Shown here piece after piece: positions 57,788 to 64,000 of a stretch of 64,000 nt of DNA; the first letter of the stretch is position 1, and each line of letters opens with the position of its first letter. The notes under the pieces are model-generated. The model was not told where the DNA came from and did no database searches. It saw nothing but the letters and a program-made list of their open reading frames with translations. The translations under genes and the position numbers were made by a program. The stretch is from a virus, in IMG/VR virus record IMGVR_UViG_3300025889_009691, positions 26,292 to 90,291 of that record, one strand, 5' to 3'.

Positions 57788-58174
57788 ATGCGAAGAAATG
57801 AAGAACCATCAAAAAGAGTAGTACTGGCTGAAGGGTACGCTGTACCTGTAGACGAGAAACAGTTTGAAAACATTATTTCAACATCTGCTAAGCCTGTGCT
57901 CGTAGACTTTTGGGCTGACTGGTGCGGCCCTTGCAAAGCGCAAGCACCCGTGCTTGACGAGTTTGCTGCAAAGTATGCAGACGAAATGCAAGTCATCAAA
58001 GTTGAGGCTGACCAAGCTCCTCTACTCATGGAGCGCTTTAACATCTCCAGCATTCCCACGCTGATGGTGTTTATTGACGGTAAAGCAGATCACAGTATGG
58101 TAGGTGCACGCCCACTAGACTTGCTAGAAAAAGAACTCGGCTCATACATCGACATTGAGACCAAGGAAGCCTAA
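57788..58174 (+). CDS. trxA: Thioredoxin
   Basis: PVLVDFWADWCGPCK, SIPTL. Confidence 0.93.
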   Translation: MRRNEEPSKRVVLAEGYAVPVDEKQFENIISTSAKPVLVDFWADWCGPCKAQAPVLDEFAAKYADEMQVIKVEADQAPLLMERFNISSIPTLMVFIDGKADHSMVGARPLDLLEKELGSYIDIETKEA

Positions 58175-58341
58175 TGCCTGACTTGTGGGATGATATTCCA
58201 ACAGAAATGCTTGGAGATCGTCCCCCGGTTGAGCACTTGTCTAAACAAGTAAAGCCTCCGGCTGAGGTAACAAAAAAAGAGCGAGGCCAGAATGTGGAAA
58301 AGAATCTGCGGAAAGTTTTTGGATCACCCGAAGTCAAATAA
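58174..58341 (+). CDS. Small hypothetical protein (55 aa; not in the ORF track)
   Basis: TAATG coupling to trxA; AAGGA SD; MPDLWDDIPTEMLGDRPP... Confidence 0.45.
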   Translation: MPDLWDDIPTEMLGDRPPVEHLSKQVKPPAEVTKKERGQNVEKNLRKVFGSPEVK

Positions 58342-58501
58342 CATGACGTATGGTGACCATCTGATGTTTGCTGGTGGCCTTGCTGTAGAATTTGTTGTCA
58401 TTGGTTTCATGTTGCTAATCCATGCCGTGTTTCCGTTCTGGTTTAAGAACGATGCCTCAGAATTTGCTGAATACGCTAACGAGGTATTGAACGAGCACTA
58501 A
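58292..58501 (+). CDS. Small membrane protein (DUF6356-like)
   Basis: F..HP....MTY..H..FA..........L.HA.FP..F...AS. Confidence 0.65.
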   Translation: MWKRICGKFLDHPKSNNMTYGDHLMFAGGLAVEFVVIGFMLLIHAVFPFWFKNDASEFAEYANEVLNEH

Positions 58502-58529
58502 TACTGTGCTATAATGCTGCTTACTGCAT

Positions 58530-58601
58530 GGGAGTGTAGCCAAGCGGTAAGGCAGCGGACTTTTAATCCGAAGAGCGTGGGTTCGATCCCCACCACTCCC
58601 A
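58530..58601 (+). tRNA. tRNA-Lys(TTT), CCA not encoded
   Basis: GGGAGTG/CACTCCC acceptor, CTTTTAA anticodon loop, GGTTCGATCCC; TGcTATAAT promoter upstream. Confidence 0.92.
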
Positions 58602-58606
58602 CTACT

Positions 58607-58981
58607 ATGAGTACTACAGCGATGACATTAGCGGTCTCTATGGCCGAACAATCTAGCCACGCCAAGTGGAAGCTTGGTTCTGTCGTTTGGCGTGGTGGTT
58701 CTGTTTTAGGTAAGGGTTTTAACCGTTATAGGAATAACCCTTCTGTTGTAGAGCACGAGAAGTACTTTCATTGTTCAGTTCACGCAGAGGTTGACGCTAT
58801 CCGCAACGCTGGTGATACTGAAGGTGCTAAGTTGTTTGTTGCCCGTATTACTCGGGGCGGCAATTTGGCGCTTGCTAAGCCTTGTTCCCGGTGCATGGAA
58901 GTCATTAGGGAACATGGAATCAAGAAGGTTTACTATACTGATGAGAACGGTGAGTGGACTTTCTTTAGAGTCTGGCCTTGA
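58607..58981 (+). CDS. Second cytidine-deaminase-fold (zinc) protein, substrate unknown
   Basis: G.N, SVHAEVDAI, LFVARI, AKPCSRC, GIKKVYY; start at ATG 58607 directly after tRNA-Lys. Confidence 0.85.
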   Translation: MSTTAMTLAVSMAEQSSHAKWKLGSVVWRGGSVLGKGFNRYRNNPSVVEHEKYFHCSVHAEVDAIRNAGDTEGAKLFVARITRGGNLALAKPCSRCMEVIREHGIKKVYYTDENGEWTFFRVWP

Positions 58982-59006
58982 CACACTGCGCCGAGGCTAG
59001 TATACT
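58978..59006 (+). promoter_or_regulatory. Near-consensus sigma70-type promoter
   Basis: TTGACA-17-TATACT. Confidence 0.8.
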
Positions 59007-59037
59007 ACCCACAAGTCAACGACAAACAAAGGAGATT

Positions 59038-59325
59038 ATGTTGATTACGAAGAAGGCAATTATTGCGGCTGCGACTGAGGTTGCTGAGCGTGCCCCCACG
59101 GCCCGTAACCGTTCCTCAAAGATGGTGACGTACCGTCATCCTCGTGGCCTAATCGGCAATGCCCTGCACACTGCAGGTCTTTCGCCTCGTGAGATTCGTT
59201 CGCTTCAGGGCAACCGGAAGTATGATCGTTTCCTGAACCCTGCGGCTACCGCTTGGGTTCGTGAGGCTAACAGCCGTGCCAACAAGGGCATGGCTTGGGG
59301 TGAGGTAGTTTCTACTACCCGATGA
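59038..59325 (+). CDS. Small basic hypothetical protein (95 aa)
   Basis: AAGGAG SD before ATG 59038; biased codon usage. Confidence 0.75.
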   Translation: MLITKKAIIAAATEVAERAPTARNRSSKMVTYRHPRGLIGNALHTAGLSPREIRSLQGNRKYDRFLNPAATAWVREANSRANKGMAWGEVVSTTR

Positions 59326-59409
59326 CCCTAGCGTCACTTCGGTGACGTAACATATAAGGAGGGGAAGGGCTATCCGTTGAAATTCTAGCGGGTAGCCCTT
59401 ACCCATCTT

Positions 59410-59497
59410 GGAGAGGTGCCAGAGCGGACGAATGGGTCGGTCTTGAAAACCGTTGAGGTGCAAGCCTCCGTGGGTTCGAATCCCACCCTCTCCGCCA
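59410..59497 (+). tRNA. tRNA-Ser(TGA) with CCA
   Basis: GGAGAGG/CCTCTCC acceptor, CTTGAAA anticodon loop, long variable arm. Confidence 0.93.
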
Positions 59498-59513
59498 ATA
59501 ACAGAAAGGTAAG

Positions 59514-60086
59514 ATGATGAATGATTTGTCCCCACTTGAGGATGATCCCCGGCCCGATGAGCTACGTAGTGTGAAAAGCCTCGTGGTGTTGAATACGGGC
59601 GATGGCCGTGGCAAGTCGTCGTCTGCTTTCGGAATTATGCTTCGTGCCAAGGCTAGAGATTGGCCTGTGGCTGTTGTGCAGTTCTTGAAGAGTCCTGATT
59701 GGGTTACTGGTGAGCAGAAGATGGCTGAACCTTTGGGCGTTGATTTCTGGTCGCTTGGTGACGGTTTCACTTGGGATAGTGAAGATTTGTCGCAGTCTGA
59801 GGCTGAAGCCCAGGAAGCTTGGCGTCATGGCAAGGCTCTTATTGAGAGCGGCGATTATCGCCTTATTGTGTTTGATGAGATCACCTACCCTATCAACTGG
59901 GGATGGATTGACGCTGAGGAGGTTCGTACAGCCATTGAGAGCCGCCCTGAGGGCACCTCGCTTGTTCTGACGGGCCGTGACGCCCCTGAGTGGCTTGTAG
60001 AGGTCTCTGACACTGTGACGGTCATGGAGAACCGTAAGCACGCTTATGAGCGTGGTATTGCCGCTAAGAAAGGTATTGACTACTAA
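59514..60086 (+). CDS. cobO: Cob(I)yrinic acid a,c-diamide/cob(I)alamin adenosyltransferase (CobA/CobO/BtuR)
   Basis: NTGDGRGKSSSAFG...RA, VQF.K, GE, G.GFTW, DEI, TGR.AP, D.VT, KH.Y..G..A.KGID. Confidence 0.93.
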   Translation: MMNDLSPLEDDPRPDELRSVKSLVVLNTGDGRGKSSSAFGIMLRAKARDWPVAVVQFLKSPDWVTGEQKMAEPLGVDFWSLGDGFTWDSEDLSQSEAEAQEAWRHGKALIESGDYRLIVFDEITYPINWGWIDAEEVRTAIESRPEGTSLVLTGRDAPEWLVEVSDTVTVMENRKHAYERGIAAKKGIDY

Positions 60087-60092
60087 CCACGT

Positions 60093-60169
60093 GCCCTCGT
60101 AGCTCAATTGGATAGAGTATCGGGTTTCTACCCCGCCGGTTGCAGGTTCGAGTCCTGCCGAGGGTGCCA
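60093..60169 (+). tRNA. tRNA-Arg(TCT) with CCA
   Basis: GCCCTCG/CGAGGGT acceptor; CGGG-TTTCTAC-CCCG anticodon arm. Confidence 0.85.
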
Positions 60170-60170
60170 T

Positions 60171-60246
60171 GCCTCTGTAGCTCAGTTGGTAGAGCAGCTG
60201 TCTTGTAAACAGCAGGTCGCAGGTTCGATCCCTGTCGGAGGCTCCA
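60171..60246 (+). tRNA. tRNA-Thr(TGT) with CCA
   Basis: GCCTCTG/CGGAGGC acceptor; GCTGT-CTTGTAA-ACAGC anticodon arm. Confidence 0.93.
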
Positions 60247-60345
60247 AGTTTGACTCCCACGTTGTAAATGGGTATAATAAGTGTAGAGGATGCCGTTTGG
60301 GTCCTTGTAAACATATAAACATAACTTTGCTTTTAGGAGGTTATT

Positions 60346-60768
60346 ATGGGCACAGAATTAAGTGTCTTGCACCGGCTTCGGCCATTTAGTATCGGATTTG
60401 ATTCTTTGTTTGATCATTTGGAATCAGTCCTTCAGTATGAGGAGTCATATAAGTCTTGGCCCCCGTACAATATTGTAAAGACAGACGATACGCATTTTGT
60501 TGTTGAGATTGCGGTCGCTGGCTTTTCAAAGGAAGATGTTAGCGTTGTGGTAGACGACGGTAAGTTGATTGTGTCTACTGAGAGCGATACTCGTGATGAT
60601 CGCAAGATCGTTCATCGTGGTATTGCAAGGCGGCATTTCAAGAAGGCATTTACACTTGCAGACAACGTGGAAGTTGTTTCTGCTTCAATGGCTGATGGTC
60701 TGTTGAGCATTACTGTGGAGAAGGTTATTCCTGAGTCTCAGCAGCCTCTGGAGATTGAGATAGTGTAA
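60346..60768 (+). CDS. Small heat shock protein (Hsp20/IbpA-like)
   Basis: AGGAGG SD; IGFD.LF, PPYNI.K, EIAVAGF, HRGIA.R.F...F.L, A...DGLL.I. Confidence 0.93.
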   Translation: MGTELSVLHRLRPFSIGFDSLFDHLESVLQYEESYKSWPPYNIVKTDDTHFVVEIAVAGFSKEDVSVVVDDGKLIVSTESDTRDDRKIVHRGIARRHFKKAFTLADNVEVVSASMADGLLSITVEKVIPESQQPLEIEIV

Positions 60769-61130
60769 TGACGACCTCGGACTCGTATACGCCTCACGGG
60801 GTTCTTCGCACGCTGTCGATGGCGGAAGAAGTTCTGCGTAGCCAGAATCATGCTTTTGATGCTAATATTATGGCGTCAGCGTATGAAACTATTGTAGCGT
60901 TGCTGAATCATGGCGACGCTATGGCTCAGGCTGCACGCTGGAGCGAAGACCCTGTTATTAACGACGCTGTAGAAGGTTATGTTGATTACCGGAATCGTGG
61001 GGTTTCCCGTGAGGAAGGTGGGTCTGAAGAAGCTCCGTGGGCGTATACGAAGTCTGATGACCCTAGCAGCCCTAATCATTACTATTATCATGGTGATTTT
61101 TGGCGAGATGATGCAAGAGATATACAATGA
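60768..61130 (+). CDS. Hypothetical protein
   Basis: TAATG coupling. Confidence 0.6.
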   Translation: MTTSDSYTPHGVLRTLSMAEEVLRSQNHAFDANIMASAYETIVALLNHGDAMAQAARWSEDPVINDAVEGYVDYRNRGVSREEGGSEEAPWAYTKSDDPSSPNHYYYHGDFWRDDARDIQ

Positions 61131-61193
61131 AAGCGTTCCGTAGGTTAAGACATTGGGTACGGTACGGTAAACCAACTTACGAGATATACATTT

Positions 61194-61385
61194 ATGGAAG
61201 AAAGCGAGAACTACCTGATGACCGAAACCGAGATTACGAAGACTCAAATAGAAGCGATGATTCAGCAAATTGAATCAATGTTGAAAGATGTTTCCCACAA
61301 GAACATTGTGGAGGCATCAGAAGTCCAAGATGGGCTTCTTGACCTGCTGAATATGGCTAATTCGCTGGAAGGGGAAGAGCAGTGA
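61194..61385 (+). CDS. Hypothetical acidic protein
   Basis: ORF. Confidence 0.6.
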   Translation: MEESENYLMTETEITKTQIEAMIQQIESMLKDVSHKNIVEASEVQDGLLDLLNMANSLEGEEQ

Positions 61386-61388
61386 CAT

Positions 61389-61646
61389 ATGAGACGATTC
61401 TTAAAGTATTGCTATCGTTGGCAATTTTACACGCCTGCGCTAGCGTTGTGTATTGCTGTCATCCCCGGTGGGGCGCTGTTGCAAGCGGCTTTGACAAACG
61501 TTCTGGTGGCAGCTTTTTTCTATCACGCAGACACAAAGGTGTTCAAACACAACAGTCAGATGAATAAGCGTGTGATCGCTAATCATGAGTTTATTCCGTA
61601 TAGTTTCGTGACAACAGCTAAAAACAAGCTGAAGTTTTGGAAGTGA
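61389..61646 (+). CDS. Small membrane protein
   Basis: Y..RWQ..TP.LA....N...A.FF...D..VF two-TM pattern; preferred over the overlapping 61382 frame. Confidence 0.55.
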   Translation: MRRFLKYCYRWQFYTPALALCIAVIPGGALLQAALTNVLVAAFFYHADTKVFKHNSQMNKRVIANHEFIPYSFVTTAKNKLKFWK

Positions 61647-61658
61647 GGTTACTACCAG

Positions 61659-62132
61659 ATGACCGAAAGCGCTTATAAGCAATTCGACCAGCAGCTACAT
61701 GACACCTATGATGTAGAGGGCCGGGAGATCGTTAAACACTACATCCACGCTACTTACCCCCACCTGAAAGCAGTAGACAACCCTGACCAGTATGCGGTAG
61801 ACTTATGTATCTACCGGGAAGATACGCTGGTAGGGTACGCTGAGGTAGAGGTTAGGACTAACTGGAAGTCAGAAGCTTTCCCTTTCAGGACGCTGCATGT
61901 GCCTGAAAGAAAGACAAAACTCCTCAACAATACTTTACCTACACTATTCTTTTCTATTAACGAACACATGACACACATGTTTTACTGTAAAGCACAGACC
62001 GTACTAGACTCACCTCTCGTCAACGTGCCTAACAAATACGTGTCAAACAACGAACATTTCTACGACGTACCAGTCAAAAACCTACACAAAACACCCACAA
62101 ACTGGGTACAAGGGTGGGGCGGAGATGCCTAA
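61659..62132 (+). CDS. PD-(D/E)XK-like nuclease-fold protein
   Basis: Y.VDL....GYAEVEVR..W...FP...H.P.RK.K. Confidence 0.6.
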   Translation: MTESAYKQFDQQLHDTYDVEGREIVKHYIHATYPHLKAVDNPDQYAVDLCIYREDTLVGYAEVEVRTNWKSEAFPFRTLHVPERKTKLLNNTLPTLFFSINEHMTHMFYCKAQTVLDSPLVNVPNKYVSNNEHFYDVPVKNLHKTPTNWVQGWGGDA

Positions 62133-62310
62133 CAAACAACAAACCGGCACTGCAATGGTCACCGAAAAGACCCCTGCAAGAGCTAAAAGAGACAACAAAA
62201 AGTATCGAACACAAGAAGAACAGTGGGCTTCCCGATCCGGGCCAATCACCATAACCTACATGTGTATCTGCCCACGCCCTGAATGCAAAGCAGAAACCCA
62301 CAATGAGTAA
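62125..62310 (+). CDS. Small hypothetical protein with a C-terminal CxC...C motif
   Basis: ORF overlapping both neighbours. Confidence 0.5.
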   Translation: MPNKQQTGTAMVTEKTPARAKRDNKKYRTQEEQWASRSGPITITYMCICPRPECKAETHNE

Positions 62311-62581
62311 TGACCAGTACTGCTGCGTAAGTAGATGCAACAACTCAGCACAATACCACGTTCAATTCACCGATGACGTTGACAAACAAACATACATATC
62401 TCGTTCATACCCGTACTGTAGTGAACACACCCAAATCGGTTGGTATGTGCCACCCAAAAGCAAGAAAGAAAAAGGCAAATGGGTAGGCGGCTGGGTGCCC
62501 AAACGCATCTACAGCATTCACGACAACTACGGCGATAGCTTAAACGTGAAGGCAGTACGAGCAGCTACCAGACGTTTCTAA
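62303..62581 (+). CDS. Hypothetical zinc-binding-like protein
   Basis: C...RC...A...YC.EH. Confidence 0.55.
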   Translation: MSNDQYCCVSRCNNSAQYHVQFTDDVDKQTYISRSYPYCSEHTQIGWYVPPKSKKEKGKWVGGWVPKRIYSIHDNYGDSLNVKAVRAATRRF

Positions 62582-62626
62582 ATAGTAACCAACAAACCCC
62601 AAAAACAGTAAGGAGTTAACCCCAAA

Positions 62627-62746
62627 ATGGCAACAATTCGAAAGTATCTACAGGAAGCAAAAGCCGTCTGGATCATGCTCGCAAGCATCCGATACGGCAT
62701 AAACCTCAAGCCCGAAACCGACAAAAACGAACTCCCTAATGACTAA
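62627..62746 (+). CDS. Small protein (39 aa; not in the ORF track)
   Basis: TAAGGAG SD; MATIRKYLQEAKAVWIMLASIRYGINLKPETDKNELPND. Confidence 0.5.
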   Translation: MATIRKYLQEAKAVWIMLASIRYGINLKPETDKNELPND

Positions 62747-62849
62747 AACCGCAATTTTCGTTACAGTAATCTGGGCAGCCGGATACGCTGCCATACGAAA
62801 ACTCACCCAAATAGTTACCGAAGCAGAACCCGGAACACACCCCCAATAG
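62739..62849 (+). CDS. Small single-TM protein (36 aa; not in the ORF track)
   Basis: Overlaps the upstream stop; MTKTAIFVTVIWAAGYAAIRKL... Confidence 0.4.
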   Translation: MTKTAIFVTVIWAAGYAAIRKLTQIVTEAEPGTHPQ

Positions 62850-62890
62850 ACGGCGGCTAACCCTGCCACGATCACAAAAGGAGCAAACCC

Positions 62891-63190
62891 ATGCATGAAC
62901 CACACGAACTACCCTTCGAATACGAACACGATAACCCCATAGTAACCATCAGCCTAAGCCGGGAACAGATGGAAAAGTTTGCTAAAACCGAACTCAAAAG
63001 GAACAGTCCAGACTCCGCCACCTACCGCTGGCTACTCACCGAAGCCACCCCAGAAGACCGAGAAAAGGTCGAAAAACTCGTACAAGACGAGATATGGACC
63101 CTCCTCACCGAAGGACTACACGACTTAGACGACCTCCTCTGCGGACTCTACGAAGCCTACGTCCAAGCCCACCTAGCCTCAAAAAAGTAA
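62891..63190 (+). CDS. Hypothetical protein
   Basis: AAGGAG SD. Confidence 0.7.
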   Translation: MHEPHELPFEYEHDNPIVTISLSREQMEKFAKTELKRNSPDSATYRWLLTEATPEDREKVEKLVQDEIWTLLTEGLHDLDDLLCGLYEAYVQAHLASKK

Positions 63191-63205
63191 AAGAAACTAC
63201 CCCCA

Positions 63206-63556
63206 ATGATCTACGAATTCACTGCCGAAGACAACTACTGGTACATAGATACCGACCGCAAATACGTCAAAATTACAGACAAAAACGACGGAACGGTCAT
63301 CAAAGAAACCGACCAGCTAAGCCTGCTAATCCAGATTAAGGAAGACAGAATAGCTGCCTACGATGACACACCCTACCCGATCAGCATCTCAGCCCCCATC
63401 GCAGACAACCACTTCTTCCTAGAAGACCTCAGCCACCGACCCGATTCGGACCACTCCATCATCTGGGCAGAAGACTACCGAGCCATCTGCCTCTTCTTCG
63501 ACGGATTCACCCAACTTGTCCGAGCCTACTCATCACCCCCAACAAACGACCGCTAA
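63206..63556 (+). CDS. Hypothetical protein
   Basis: ORF with consistent C-ending codons. Confidence 0.6.
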   Translation: MIYEFTAEDNYWYIDTDRKYVKITDKNDGTVIKETDQLSLLIQIKEDRIAAYDDTPYPISISAPIADNHFFLEDLSHRPDSDHSIIWAEDYRAICLFFDGFTQLVRAYSSPPTNDR

Positions 63557-63896
63557 TCCTGCCACGTTACCAAAAGCACCCAAACACCCATATAGCACTA
63601 TACAGAAACACTCACTATGGACCCTGTAGTAAAAGCATACACACTCGTTCTAGGAGTAATACTCCTCATGATGTTCATAGACCTGTTCCTACGAGACCAA
63701 TAACACATGTCATACCTCATACCACTCCTCATCACCTGCACCCTCATGACAGCAATATACCTATGGTAGACCTCCTCATCCCCCTCGCCTTCGGTGGAGG
63801 ATTCACCCTCCTCTGCTTCTACTGGGACCGAACCGAACAACAATATCAGGCACGCAAACGCCAAAAGAAACGAAACAAACACTAACCACCCACCCC

Positions 63897-63926
63897 TTGA
63901 CACCACCCCCAAACATGCAATAAAAT
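63897..63926 (+). promoter_or_regulatory. Sigma70-type promoter for a gene starting near 63991 (runs off the window)
   Basis: TTGACA-18-TAAAAT; AAAGG SD then ATG 63991. Confidence 0.6.
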
Positions 63927-64000
63927 AACACACATAAGGGAGCCTACTAGTAGCTACACTACCCGTAAACACTAGAAAAGGCAAAACCCAATGAACAGAC

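Noticed and set aside
58514-58606. N-terminal extension of the deaminase ORF; also ORF 60108-60389
   Set aside because: These overlap tRNA genes; the likely deaminase start is 58607
60093-60169. Reading the tRNA as an amber suppressor (CTA occurs in the loop), implying TAG recoding
   Set aside because: The stem pairs only in the register CGGG-TTTCTAC-CCCG, giving anticodon TCT. Recognisable genes such as polA end normally at TAG
59562-60314. 250-aa minus-strand ORF and the other minus-strand ORFs in the track
   Set aside because: They are antisense to cobO, tRNAs or well-supported plus-strand genes, and arise as shadows of the codon bias
1-64000. CRISPR array, integrase, transposase, intron or intein
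   Set aside because: No regularly spaced repeats or recognisable motifs seen; nrdJ, polA and the capsid gene are uninterrupted and of normal length

Overview
A 64-kb segment of a large tailed dsDNA phage with a contractile tail (myovirus) and an HK97-fold capsid. Every credible gene lies on the + strand. The host is inferred to be an actinobacterium, possibly Acidimicrobiia: many genes are leaderless, AhpC and CobO look actinobacterial, four genes carry peptidoglycan-binding domains, and all tRNAs read A-ending codons. Head, neck, tail, baseplate and fibre genes are interleaved with metabolic islands: class II RNR, AhpC, a GMPR/IMPDH-family enzyme, Pol A, a sigma70 factor, a DenV-like protein, two deaminases, Trx, CobO, Hsp20 and 5 tRNAs. 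The most striking candidate system is two large multi-enzyme proteins embedded in the virion gene cluster. One is a >2289-aa repeat protein with GNAT-like and HipA/PI3K-like kinase domains. The other is a 955-aa protein with two ART-like domains and a glycosylase-like domain. Each is followed by small acidic ORFs, which suggests capsid-delivered host-takeover effectors with cognate inhibitors or chaperones. Other highlights: a basic head polyprotein with Lys-boundary modules, two unassigned structured intergenic RNAs with alternative folds, a non-canonical tail-chaperone frameshift, a spike-fibre fusion, a B12 NrdJ+CobO pair, a tRNA-coupled deaminase and a sharp G+T to A+C strand-composition flip. 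All family assignments come from motif recognition by eye; no searches were run.
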